In this document: positions 26,901 to 39,475 of the stretch, one piece after another | Numbering within the stretch: position 1 is the first letter of the stretch | Layout of the letters: each line of letters opens with the position of its first letter | Source of the DNA: Yuukianura sp. NJ FZ-2021 | Lineage: Eukaryota | Direction: 5' to 3' | DNA length: 64,000 nucleotides | Assembly: GCA_046563655.1 (NCBI GenBank) | Contig: CM102283.1 | Span: 8,742,001 to 8,806,000 of the forward strand | Position numbers and translations under genes: made by a program | Notes under the pieces: generated by a model | The model's input: only the letters and a program-made list of their open reading frames with translations | Told to the model about the DNA's origin: nothing | Database searches by the model: none

Positions 26901-27870
26901 GTAATGCTGATTGGGTAGAGATACGGGACCATGAGGGGGTAGTACACATGGCGGTACGTTTTGAGTGTTCCGGTAAAGTCGGACATTGCCGTGAGACCGA
27001 AGATCAGAGCCGATATGGAGATGAGGAGAGTGTCACAGAAGGCGAGGGCGAGCAGGAGACAGGTCACTGGATAGAAAATTTTATGAGATTTGGCTTGTTA
27101 TCTATGGTGGCCCCATAGTACCAATGCTTTTTTGGCACGTTGTAATTCAAAATAACATTTCCAATTGCATTTCATTGTAATTGCAATTGCAACTGCATTT
27201 TCATCTCAATTTCAATTGCAATTGCATTTTCATTTCAATTTCAATTGAACTTTTATTTTTTAAATAGAATTTGAATTAGGAGTCCAGACGATCCACGTGC
27301 ATTTTAATTTTTAATTTTAAATAAAAATGCAATAATTGTAGTTGAAATTGAAATGAAAATGAAAAGGCAGTTGCAATTGAAGTGGAAGTAAAATTGCAAT
27401 TGCTATTGAAATGAAAAGAAAAAGGAAAATGCAATTGCAATTGACATTGAAATGAAAATCCAATTGCAATTGAAATGTCTTTTGAATTAAAACATGCCAA
27501 AAACAGAATTGGCATTCTGGGGCCACCATAGTTAGGCTAAAACTATTTCTAGAATCAAGATCTAACCTGAAGATTTCATCTGCGGACGTGACAAGACGAC
27601 AGCACTTAGAGTATTTCCAATTATGCCTAAACATGCTACGATGATGATTCCGAGTCCTTTGATTATAAAGTCAAAAGTGACAGAGAGATGCTGCGGAGTA
27701 CTTAGCGTGTGGTCCAGTATGACGTACTCGCCAGCACAAAAGTTTTCACTGGAAGTGGAGTTGGATGCTGCCGGTGGGTCACCAGTGGTGCCACCAAAGA
27801 TGCCTTGGATGTAAGTGGAGATGCGACTGGTGGAATTAGATGTCAAATCCATGTCAACTTCTTCGTCCAT
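23905..27870 (-). CDS. FMRFaR: FMRFamide receptor (class A neuropeptide GPCR), 4 coding exons
   Basis: Exons ~27870-27567, 27066-26549, 25255-24895, 24209-23905 join in frame. Diagnostic stretches: VLSRPQMKSS, TAQTCSVYITLAVTIERYVAVCHPLRAR, VRKANRERQVLSKLQRREMGLATMLLCVVAVF, NSSVNFVIYC. Confidence 0.9.
24197..24865. repeat. Diverged ~345-bp tandem duplication forming FMRFaR intron 3
   Basis: 24197-24530 aligns with 24545-24865 (shared AATTCGGC.CCTG.AATAAC, GGGTCATTGA, TTATTCTACGAATTCAGGAT, CTCAAATCAAAA.CTCATTT). Confidence 0.85.
26112..26486. mobile_element. Probable MITE in FMRFaR intron 2
   Basis: TACCCTAAATCCCGGCT at 26112 is inverted to AGCCAGGATTTAGGGTA, which occurs twice (26444 and 26470). 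Confidence 0.6.
27102..27531. mobile_element. Foldback-like palindromic element in FMRFaR intron 1
   Basis: Perfect terminal inversion CTATGGTGGCCCCA / TGGGGCCACCATAG, followed by long imperfect inverted arms built from CAATTGCA/TTTCAT subrepeats. Confidence 0.85.
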
Positions 27871-30479
27871 TGCGAGGAAACGGCGAGAAAGTTTTCAGCA
27901 GCGGAAACTTTTGAAGTTCAAAATCTGTTAACCAAATTACAAACTTTTAAACTTTAAACTTGAAAAGAGGATTACTTAAGTGCAGATAAGAGACGCGTTT
28001 GGCGGGAACTTTTTTTTGAACAGGCTTAAAATGGCGGATGTTTTTGTAAGTACGAAATGTTAGTGTACAAAAGTTGGGCTGTAAGTCTGTAAGGTAGGTT
28101 CAGTGGCAAATGCCATGTTTAGATTTAGATTTGTGTATTCTCGAAAGTGAGTTTCATTGCCAAAAATACTTGGAAACTTTCTGGTTTTTAGCGGCACACA
28201 AACTTTTCCTTTAGCTTCCCTAACTTTTTTCAAACTTTCTCTTTTCAATACAAACTTTCTTTGGAAGTGCAACAACGCGGAGGCATCTTAAGCTTTTTTT
28301 TCAAAAACCATTTAAAAGGTTCCCGCTTTTTGTGTAAAGAAAACGGAATGTGAAAAGAACCGTGAAAAATTGGCCTGCCTTTATGAAGAAAAGCCAAATG
28401 AATTTTTTGGAGATTCTTTTTGTCCAAATATTTAACAAAACGTTTCTTCTATTTGTGTGTGTTTTTGCCTCTAGTCAATGTTTCTTTCTTAGAAAAGTAA
28501 TAATTTTGCACAGATTGAATGAGAAAAAGGATGTGCAAGAGGATATTCAAAACATGTGACTGGATCAAACGGAGCGCGAACTTTTGAACTTAAGATTTTG
28601 AAACAGGACATGATTTTTTTGTACTGGCACGATGTTCAAACAAAGCAACAAATAAAAACAGTGACATTTTTCTCCATTCATTCTTCCAAAACACGGAATT
28701 TTGATTTAAAAAAAAGTTTTCAAAAAAGTTCTCCTTTTCTATTTCCTGTTTTCTAATTTGGCTCCCGCACGTATTGTCCAAATTGAACGAATTTCATGCT
28801 CATTGATTTCAAAAATTCTAAAATTTTGAATTCCAGGGCAAATTTTGAAAATCTTCAGGCCTGAAAATTTTGAAAATAACCATTTTTCAGAAAATTTCAA
28901 TTGAAGTAGTGAACAAAAGTGACAGTTTCTGGTGTAATGGAAACATCGGTCAGTTTCAAAAATGAGTGAATCTTTAGACTGGTGAAAGCTGAGAGCTTAC
29001 GATGGTGTGAAAAGACAATTAGAAATTTCACACTTGTCACTTTCACTTGACCTGTTTTGTCACACGCACTTCAAATTGGATTTCACGCACCAATTGTTCA
29101 ATACACGCACAAAACACTAAATATACTATGTTATTAGTATGCTGGACAAAGGAAAGTTATCGGTTTCCACATGACAAGTTTCGTCTAAAAACTGATCAAA
29201 TTAATACCAGTTGTGACCACAAAAGAAACATTGCGTGTAGACAGTTGCGTACGACATAAATCATTTTTCAAAAAAGTTCGGCGCGAAATGTCTTTTATGT
29301 GTTAAGTGGTTTACGTAGCATAATACTACGGTGGCAGTCCAACCATGGATTAACGTCGTATCGAAATAAATTTTGGTTGACAAGATTAATTGAGCACATT
29401 TTTTCAAATGGAATAAAAAATTCTCTTGCAAAATCCATACAAAAAAAAATCTTTTCTCCAGAAATTCCTGGGATTAACTTGTTTTCATTGGCGCTATTTT
29501 TTTGAAAAGTGACTATGGGTGGTAACGCATGTTTTTTAAAAACTTTTTGTACCAAAAGAGGTCAAAGGTCAAAAGGTCATTTCAGCCACTTTGCTGGAGA
29601 CCTGAATTCTAAAATTGAAATTTTAGTAAAAATGCGTCAATAGGGAGAAGATTGGAAATTCTTACTTCATTGGTGTCTTCTGCTCAAAGCGTGCAAGGAT
29701 TTACGGGAAAAGGAAAAATTTACAATCTGGTTCAACAAAACATGAGAAAATAGGCTTATTAAAATACGGAACTTGAGTGAAAGTTGGTGAATTTATTCTG
29801 AGCACGGGAATAGTGTGGGTGATGATCCAGAAAATATTATGGAAAATGAGGAAAAATTGCTAGAACTTGAAATTTCAAGAGTTATTGTTAAAGACTAAAC
29901 GCAAAACAAAAGCTAGAAGGAATTCCTGTTTTGTTTTAAAGTGAAAACTTCGCCATTGAAAGGTCCAACATTTCAGTAATAAAGGAAAGCAAAGGTCTTA
30001 AAATGTCAACAAAAGAAAGTCAAAATGAAAGACAACAACAAACAATTTTTGCCTCCACTTCAACGTTTTCTTTTCACTTTGAAATTGAAACCGAAGACTA
30101 AAGAAAGTTTTCGTTTCTTTTGTTTAGAAAATAAATCTTGTTTTTGTTTTGAAGAAACAGAAACCAGTATAAAGACTTCTTTTTTGAAAAGCTTTTTTTG
30201 AAATTCTAGAATTTCAAATAAAAAAAATCTCTCGTATTCTATACGGTACAGACTTACGGTTAAGAGAAGAGTAAAAGTAGCCCATTAAAAAGAAAAAAGA
30301 AGCGAAGAAACCGGAAAAATATCGCGTTTTAACCCATGGCTGCTTTGTGCTCTCACTTTCACCAAAATTTTGAACCAATGAAAGAAAAAATGATAAAAAA
30401 AACGAAACAGAAAAAGTTGAAAAGAAACTCAGAAAGTTGAAATCAATTCCCATCATTCCACTAAAAGCTTACAGGATCC

Positions 30480-31347
30480 ATTCATGCTCGTAAACATAAT
30501 GCCGGATCACGGTGATCCGATCATGAAAAGTTGAACCGATCACCCTGATCCCTATACATAATGAGTCTCGAGGTCATCGGTGACCCGCTCACGTAAACCT
30601 CGGATCAAAAATTTGTTTGATCCCTCGCTCAGGGTTATATTCGTATACATAATACAAAAAAGTAAACCGGATCACTATGATCGGGATCAAAATTCGTGAC
30701 CCTGGTATAGGGGTAGGTTCACCACTTGATTCAACTGGAATTATTTTAATTTTTGTTTAGTATATTCTTTTCCCACGAGTTAAGCGTTCAGTTTTATTAA
30801 GGAGTTTGCGTTATAAATGTCAGAAAAAACTTTTAGAATTTATAGAACTGCGCAGTGCGCAGTACTTGCGCAGTGCGCAGTACTTGCGCAGTGCGCAGTA
30901 CTTGCGCAGTGCGCAGTACTTGCGCAGTGCGCAGTGCTTGCGCAGTATATGCACAGCATGGCCGCATTTTGCCCCATTAGTTTCCTATTTTGTTCAGAAA
31001 TTAATTGAATCATTAACTATTTCGTTAATTACTTTAATAAAACACAACAAAAATGGTGTTGTGTTATAGAAAGTTTGAAAACTTTGCCACCTGAAAATAA
31101 AAGGAGCATTAAACTTGTCACATTTTTAATCAACATAATACATTGTTGTTGAAGTATTTAAATGTGGCATGTAAAAATGAGTAATCCGATGATCACGTTC
31201 AGGTGAACCGGATTTACAAATCCACCGCTCAAGATTATATTATGTATACCGTTCACGGATTAGTGTGATCCTGACCCCCGGATCGGTCTCACCAAATCCT
31301 GATCCGTAGGTTACGGGTGAACCGTCATTATGTATACGGGCATGAAT
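30480..31347. mobile_element. Non-autonomous TIR element (~870 bp) with GATC-rich subterminal repeats
   Basis: ATTCATGCTCGTAAACATAATGCCGGATCAC is inverted to GTGAACCGTCATTATGTATACGGGCATGAAT; TACATAAT/GATC motifs recur inside both ends. Confidence 0.8.
30848..30945. repeat. 18-bp minisatellite (TGCGCAGTGCGCAGTACT, ~5 copies) inside the TIR element
   Basis: Read directly; it produces the spurious LRSAQY and AQCAVL ORFs. Confidence 0.92.
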
Positions 31348-34300
31348 TTTTTAGTAGATACTGCTCAAAGTTCCAGCCCAATCGCTTCTAATTACTTTCG
31401 GCCTTCAAACTCAACCAGGCATAGGAAGTGTGGTTTCCTGGTTTAAAAAAAAGTTTGCCCTTTCACTTTTTTTTTTGAAATTTAGTAATTTATTCTTCAT
31501 TTTGATGACCTTTGAAAAGAATAAACCAAAAATTCTTTTTATTTAAAAAAAAAAGTGAAATCCAGTGAAAGTCAATCACTCCCCATCACTATTTTTTGAA
31601 GTTATTACAAAGTCAAATTGGATATTTCAAAAACTCAAACTTTGAAAGGCGGGATATGAAGCGACTTTCAAAATTTTCAAAAGCTGTTTCACTTTGCCGC
31701 CACAAGTTTTCTTGGGAAAACGTGCTTGGAGTGATTCAAATATCCCGGGGGAGAAGGGAGGTGGTGAAGGTTCATGTGGTAGAACGCTGCATTCCAATAT
31801 GCACTTCACAAAAGCTTTCCTGATAAACAGGATAGCTCAGTTCCTGCTTTTTTAAATCTCTCGCCATTCAAAATTTGCGGGTATTTCAAAAAATTTAAAT
31901 TCCGAACCACTGCGTCGCATAGAAAACCAGAAGTGGGAAATTGAATTTGTTCTAAACATATGCAGCTTCCACTTTTTGAAATGATTAACTAAACTTTTTG
32001 AAATTCTAGTCTCGCAAAAAAATGTGTTTGAAATTTTTTACCCGGCGGCAAAATTTGAAAGTGGATCTCTTTAGTCCTGTTTTTTGAAAGTGGCTTTATA
32101 AAAAACATAAAGTGGATTAGCATGTCTCTTCGAAAAGGATCTGCTGTTGCTGCATCTTTGGATTTTCGTGGGCATCTTGCTTCAAGCATTTTCAGCTGAT
32201 GGTTCAATGTCTATCCAAAGAATGGTAGTTTCGACACGTTTTTAGACATTTTTTTTGAAAAGGCGAAGCGCTTCACTTTCTTGATTTTGAGCGACGTTTG
32301 AGACTATAGAAAAATTCTGTTCTAGAAAGCTGGTTGAATTAAGACTTTCACTAACCTAGTCGTGTCTTAGACACAGAATCCCCCAAAGTCTTTTCCTAAG
32401 AATTTCATCTCATAATTTTTTCATTTTATGAAAACCTTCAACTTACTTCTTCTTCGTTCTTTTTCTTATGAAAGTAAAACAATAGTTTTTCCGAAAATTA
32501 TGAAAAAATGAGTTAAGCCCAATTTTTTGTCTCTTAGCAGCTGAGTTTGTCATGCGGTGAAAATTGACTTTCTCTTTTCTACTTTCCCTGACACGTCTTT
32601 CATTATTCAGTTGTGGCTTCTGTGGCACAAAATCCTCATTTGTTCAGCTTCTTTTAGCACAAAGCGCGGGAAAAATGACATCTTGAAGAAGATTAAGAAT
32701 AGAAAAAAAATCGCGATTTTGGAAAACCGAGAAAAAAGAAAATTGAACAAAGCGGCTTAAAATATATTTTTTCCTTTATATTATTTTATTTTGTATTTTA
32801 AACTAAAGCTGAAATTGGAAATTGATTTGTACGTTTTTCCGTTTTCGTACTTCGGTATACCTTCCTTATCAAAATGTAAAAAAGTTTACAACAAAAAAAG
32901 TTTTCGACATTCAATATATTTCTTCAACCAATGTGTTTTTTTGACAACTTTCAACATCCAACTTGTAGACGTCACATAAACAGTTGTGTGTAAAAAGTCT
33001 TTCTTTAAAAAAAACATGACGTCCTACGCAGTACTTTCTCCACACTTTGTTTTGTGTTTCAAAAGGCTCAGAACAAAGCTTCCTTTTAAAACTTTTGAGT
33101 TCTTTTTTGTTCAAAATACAAAGCTCCTCTTGAGACCATCCGGTTTCACTTGAGAAACACAATCAAAATTTCGATAAACTGAAAATAGTGTTAAAGTGTT
33201 AGCTTTTGAAAGAAGCGTCGAAAAGCCCAAAGGTCAGCGTTCCACCAAAAGTGCCAAAAGTCTATTGTTTAATAGATTAGAAATGATTTGTGGTGAAACA
33301 CTCATTTTGAGCTTAGTCATTGTTTCACTATGGTCCAATCCGATAACATTCAATCCAAACAACCGCACTGGAAAAACGCCTCAGGCTAAAACCAGAAAAT
33401 CCAGTTTTCTAGCGGCTTTACTAAAATATATTAACAGAATGAACTGAAACAAATTAAACAATGACATTGAGCCATTTCACAGTTTGTAACGGTGGCCTAC
33501 TTTCACTTTCTAAAAAGCGTGGGAAAATGTGTTTTAAACGACACTTACACTTCCTGCATGGCTCTAAACCTTGGTTTGAATTGCAGTAGGAAGTGCGTGT
33601 ACATGTAAAAAAAGCGCGAAAAATAAAAATTTTAAAGTGAAAGTAGACAACTACAGTCTTGCTCCAAATCAAAAACAAACAACAAGTTCATTCGATCCGG
33701 AAGAATTTCTTCCGTTCTAATCAAAATTTGAATGTCTTCCGTTCCATTTTGGAAACTTTATAAAATTTTAAATTATTGCGAGATAAAGTGGAATAGTTTC
33801 GGTTTAACAAGTGATGGTTCCAAAATCATGAAAATTTTACAACCTAAAGTTAATGTATGTTTTTGATGATTTGCTGTTAGAGTAATTGTGAAAATGAAGG
33901 AATGTCATTGAACTACTTTTGTTAATTGACTCCATCTGTTTCCAAAAGCTTCTTTTGCAGAGCTCAGAACGTGATGTACCAAAAAACAATAGAAAGTGGC
34001 TAGAATATCCGCCAACTCCAAAGTTTAATTCAGTTTTTGACAAGAGTATTAACGATGTTCATTCGCCTAATCGTAACGAGTCTAAATCCCTGGCTTACAC
34101 CCCCATCTGCTCAATGGTTCACTTAAATCCATTCTACACAGCACTTGATCACGCATGGTCTGGACAGTGAGACAAATTGTAGCAGCGGAAAAAACGAAAT
34201 TTAAAAGTATTTTTAAGTAACTCCACGTGGCACGCACTAAGAAAGGTTTTGTTATTCGCAGCAGAGATCATTAACTTTCGGTTTAAAAATCCTGAAAGCA

Positions 34301-37300
34301 TTACGCACTTTTACGTGACCTGGGATTTTATATTCAGTAGACTAAAGATTATGGCTTATCTCGCAAACGTTTCTAAAAAAAAAGAGAAAGTAACTTAAGA
34401 AAATTGGCTTAGAAGGGAAATGCAATAAGAGAAAGTAGGCTTAAGTAATTCCAAAGTTTTTAGATAAAAACATTAAGCCTGGAAACAGAAAAACGCACTT
34501 TTTTATGTAATTCCTACGCCTTATGCGTAACGCACTAACCCAGTTTATGCGAATTTGTGAATTTTTGTTTCATAATCTCAGAAAAATTGAAGCCAAAAAA
34601 ATTATGAGAGTTTTATATTTTTTTTTTGCTTAATCTTCAGGAACGTTAAGAAAATACAAAAGTAGTAAAAGCCTAGGAGAAGAAAAATTTAAAAGAAAGT
34701 TGAATTGGAAAAAAAATCTTTATAGTCATTAATTGTTTCTATCTTCAAAAAATCTGTGCCACAAATTTAAAATATTTTTGGAACGTACTGTACATCAGCA
34801 TTTTTTTTGGGAAGAGACTTTTACATTTAAAAAGATTGAGTAGGACATGGACGTTGTAAATTATTGTGAGTGGAAATTTCAAATACTGTCAGACAAAAAG
34901 TAAAGTTTTCGAAATATTTTTTTGGCACTTAGACACTAAGTAGTAAACTAAAAGTTAGAAATAGTTTGTTTCTTTTTTGAAAAATGGCATAACTAATTTG
35001 TCAAAATTGGAACAAAGATGGTGCAATGAATTCCATAGTCTATGGATATTACAGAACTCACAAAGCAGAAGATCAATGAAGCCTAATTCCTCCATCTTGA
35101 CACAAAGAAAATGAAGAGTGTAGGAAAGTAGAGCGGAAAGTGTGATTGGATTCAAAATAAGAAGTCTTCTGGGGCGTAATTAGAACTTTTGTAGAGACTC
35201 TAGGGAAAATGATATCTTAAGTTTTCAATGAAAAGGCGCTAGATTTGAAATCTGGTTAGACTCAGAGAATGGAACTGTTAATTAGCTTCATCTTCAGCCA
35301 TCTCCACCCAACTTTCCCTCACTTTCTCCATCTTCGTAGTAACTTCCGCCAAAACCTAAATTTCTTCCACTCCGCAGCTCAATTTTAGTGCAGCAGCTTC
35401 CTGTTTTCGGAGATTTTCCAAGGAATCTGTTGGAAGAGGCTTACAAGCTCAGATTTTGTCAATTGAAACTAATTCCAAATGGTAATGCCCATGTTCACAA
35501 CATCCGAAAGTCAAAATCAATGTACTAACGTCATTGCCCTTATGCCCTACGCCTAGTGTCACGATAAGGTTCTACCATAACCTAGCCTAACATAAACAAC
35601 CAATCTTATCTATTGATTAAGTTCAGCAAATCGTGAATTTTGAAAAGTTTAGTGACCGCGCATAAGCTTTTTACGCTAGGTGCAATCTGCATTTTCACTG
35701 ATTTTCTTTCTAAATAGATTTCAAAAGATATGATACGAATGCGGTAGCAACAGGAACAAAAAAATGGCTAATTTTGGCACTTTTCCAAATTGAAGGTCAA
35801 AGGTCGCAAAGTTCAAACTACTAAAATAAAAGTGCTAAAATTCAAGATTTTCAACGCCGAGATTGGAAAGGTCAGTTTCTAAAATGCAAAAGTTGTCAGA
35901 AGCATTTCAGAATTTTTTTAAAAACTAAAAATTTGTCAGTTTTTTGTCCTTTTTTTCAAATTTTTTTGCAGTTTTAATGCGGACAGATCAATCTCTTGGA
36001 ACCTGGATTCGGCACAGACAGTTTCCAACTTCTTTTGTAAATGGTACAAATTCATCTTAAAACTCCTGCTTTTCCAGACGAGAGATTTGAGAATTACCTT
36101 CATGCGGCTAGTAGCAATGTTTTCACGTACTAAAACTCTATAAGTACATATACTAGTAAAAGAGATAAATCTGAGAGTGCTTTCACCGCATGAAAAATTA
36201 CTCTCTACAGATTTTCCTCCAGAAGATCCTACTGGATTAATAGCTATCCATTTCAAATTCCCTTTACATCAAATCCTCACAAGATTTGAGCCTAAACTGA
36301 ACAGAATCAACATTTTAGTCCCAACCTCAATCCATGTTAAGCTTCAACACAAAAGGACAAGGTTGGGAACCAAAACGAATGTCTCTGTATGCGGTTGGAG
36401 TTACACTAATAATCCAAAATACACAAAACTTTAGAAATTATTTTACACAAAATTCATCTTTTATAACTTAAACTTTCCACCTCCAAATTCAAAAGGAGTG
36501 GGAACAGGAATTGTGATACTAATTGGAAAAACATACACGGAATTTCTACTTTTCCACTTTCACAGTTTCAGACAAGCGTCAAATCCTATTTTGATTTACA
36601 ATAAATTCTGATTTCATAATCTGCTTAGATGCACGAATCCTCTTACACTAACTAAGCCTATTTTTTTTAAATTCTTCTGAAACTGAAAAGAAAGTCGCTG
36701 TATCAACTTATAGTAAAAGCCAAGAAAAATTGAAACTTTCTTTTTGTTAAACTTTTTTTTATTGATAGCAAATATGATGTATCGGAAAAGTTGAAACACG
36801 TACACATGTAGAAAACTAACACACGTACACGTGTAAAAGAATTACACGTACACTTTCCTAAAAGTACCCACGCGTCGTCTGCATTCGAAGGAAAACTGAT
36901 ACTATAAACCAAAAAATACTGAAAAATTGATAAGTTTTCAACACAACGGAGTGCTTTCTAAAAATTTGTTAAGAAAATAAAGAAAGCGGGATTTAGGTTT
37001 CCAAAAAATCGTCAAAAATTCTAAGAAAATTTTAGTCCCGTTGTGCAATTCTTCGTTTTCAAGAAAACTGAGAGATCAGGTTACCTAGTAAAAGTATTGT
37101 TCAGGTAGTGACAACCGAGACTAAAAGGTTTTATGTTAGTCCGAGTACTAAGGTTGAACAAAGTAGTTACTCCCTCCAGTATTGATGCATCACCCTTTTG
37201 TCCTTCGAATGGACTTCAATCACTCAACTACCCACGACTTTCTATCTCCCACATCCAGACTTTCTTCCTGTCCAAGGAGAAAGTGATCTCCTTTGAACTG

Positions 37301-37307
37301 AGAACAA

Positions 37308-37382
37308 AGGTTAGGTTCACGTTACGTTAGGCTTATGTTAGGTTCAGGTTACGTTAGGCTTATGTTAGGCTAAGGCTAGGTT
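37308..37382. repeat. GGTTA/GTTAG-type low-complexity tandem repeat
   Basis: GTTAGGTTCA.GTTACGTTAGGCTTAT occurs twice, with AACCT-type periodicity. Confidence 0.6.
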
Positions 37383-37543
37383 CAGTGAAAGTCCGACTCT
37401 TATCAACAAGAGACAAAGGGACATCCGGATGACTACGTCTGAAGTGGGCAGCTTAACAGAAACTAAAATCTGAAAACTTGGGTGTTCTAATCCTATTCCA
37501 TTAAGAAGCTTTAAAACCTGTTCTATTTGAGTGAAAAACGGAA

Positions 37544-37680
37544 GTGGAATTAAGAAATGGAATTTGTGGATTGTGGAATTATGAAATGGAATTTGTGGAT
37601 TGTGGAATGAAGCTGGAATTTGTGGATTGTGGAACTAAGAAATGCAATTTGCGGATTGCGGAATCACGATGGAATTTTTG
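37544..37680. repeat. Degenerate ~28-bp minisatellite (GGAATTTGTGGATTGTGGAA core)
   Basis: 4-5 degenerate copies read directly. Confidence 0.75.
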
Positions 37681-38501
37681 GATTCCAGATGATAAAAAAT
37701 TCAGTTTGTCAAACAAAAAAATCACAAAGTTCAGGAGGAAGTGTCACTTTGGTAAGTAAGCCTTAACTTCTTCTGCTTCCGCTGTGACAATAATGTGGCA
37801 TATAACATTTCCTTCCTCTCTTTTCAATTTTTTAGCGGGAAACTATGGAGATGTCTCAGGAAAAGGGCGTGTCACGGTGTCTAAAACCTACACGGTTTGT
37901 ATGAAACATCGATTATTACATTACCAGTGAGCAGATTCTCTTCCTGCTTCATAAGAAATTTTGCCTAGCGACACTGTCTTTTGGCATTTTTGAAAATTCA
38001 AAATTGAATCTTCAAGTTTAAAAAAGCAATACGTTGGAAAACGGAAGACCCGGAACCCATGCAAGTCTATATCTCAAAAAGTTAATCAGATTCTTTTGTT
38101 CAAAGTTTTTTTTTTAAATAGGATAAAAAATAACCTGAAAAAAAAACTTCATGGACATTGTTGTCTGCAATTGCCAATCAGACCTACATACATTTTAAAT
38201 AACTAGCTCAATGTGTCCTGAATTCAATATTTAGATCAACCTAAACAATAAGTTAAACTATTTTTTGGCGAGAATTTTGATCAGTCTACATTTCACTTTC
38301 CGCTTTTCAACATCAAAGTTTTACTTGAATCCAATTTTTGGTTTGCGGGTAACTCAGCTTTAAGTTAAGTTAAGCACTGATTTAAAATAAAGCAAAAGTA
38401 GCTTGAAAAAGTTATTTCTAAGTAAAAAAATATACTCTTTTGAGTGGAATTTCTTTTTAGAGGAATTAATCACTAAACCACAGAAGTGGGTTTTAGTGGC
38501 G

Positions 38502-38716
38502 TAAATCCGAAAAGTAGAATTTAACGAGCTGCGGAGAAAGCAGTAAAAGTGGGCAAAGGTGGAGGTAGCCCAAGGCTTTTTCGGAAAGAAAGAAACTAAA
38601 TGGAGGTGTTAATTACTTAATTTCTTCCTACGCAAAACTCTATGTAACTTCATGGTTTCCAATAATGAAAGAGGAGATGAAAGTTTTCTCAAAAATTGAA
38701 AAGTTCAAAAGAATTT
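38502..38716 (+). repeat. ~215-bp direct repeat, copy 1 (upstream of the CAP gene)
   Basis: Aligns end to end with 39878-40091 (GGAGAAAGCAGT.AAAGTGG, GCCCAAGGCTTTT, GGAGGTGTTAATTACTTA, CAAAAATTGAAAAGTTCA). Confidence 0.85.
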
Positions 38717-38858
38717 GCTAATAAAACACAAGCTCAGTCCAATTTTCTCCTTTAAAATGATTCAAATTAGTAGTTGCATTAGGAATGCTCTAGTTTTGAA
38801 AAATTTCACCTAAGAGCGGCTTTTTAAAAACTAACTTTTTTTTTCTCTTCTGTAGAAA

Positions 38859-39395
38859 ATGAAACCAGTTTTGGTGGCTCTGTCGACACTCATGGTGTCA
38901 ACATTTCTGTGCCCGGTGGTTGGTGACATGAAGAAATCGTGGCTTACAGACATTAACTTAAGACGCACCATACACAACGCGACAAAGTTAACGTGGAACG
39001 ACAATTTGGAAGTGGCTGCGCAGAAGGTTGCGAATAACTGTCGTATTGAGGTCACCAAAGATACACTACAACTGGGACGCACTGTGTCCATTGAAACGCG
39101 GATGGCTTCTTATCATGGACTAATTCCGAGTGCTGTTAGCTACTGGCACAACAGTCATCGGAACTACGACTATCGTTCTCCTGGATTCGCCTTGAACACA
39201 CAGTACTTTACGCAACTCGTTTGGAAGGGAAGTACAGAAGTTGGATGTGGAATGCACTTATGTGACGCTGGAATTATAGCGGAGAGTAATGCAACTCTTA
39301 TGGTTTGCTTGTACAGTCCACCTGGAAACGTGCCAAATCAGTATCAAGCCAATGTTGGAATTTACCGCACCAAAGGTCGCCCTGGCCATTATTAA
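38859..39395 (+). CDS. Secreted CAP/SCP/PR-1 domain protein (Pry/GAPR-like), single coding exon, 178 aa
   Basis: Signal-peptide-like N-terminus; LTWNDNL; YDYRSPGF..FTQLVWKGSTEVGCG (CAP1); MVCLYSPPGNV (CAP2). A splice acceptor just before the ATG implies a 5' UTR intron. Confidence 0.92.
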   Translation: MKPVLVALSTLMVSTFLCPVVGDMKKSWLTDINLRRTIHNATKLTWNDNLEVAAQKVANNCRIEVTKDTLQLGRTVSIETRMASYHGLIPSAVSYWHNSHRNYDYRSPGFALNTQYFTQLVWKGSTEVGCGMHLCDAGIIAESNATLMVCLYSPPGNVPNQYQANVGIYRTKGRPGHY

Positions 39396-39475
39396 TCCTG
39401 AAAATCTCAGGAGCAGTTACAACTTCAGTAGAGATTTCAAAAAGTAAAATTTCAATTTTAAAAACGGACTTATTA

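Noticed and set aside
30806-31069. Repetitive ORFs (LRSAQY)n and (AQCAVL)n
   Set aside because: Translations of an 18-bp minisatellite inside a TIR element.
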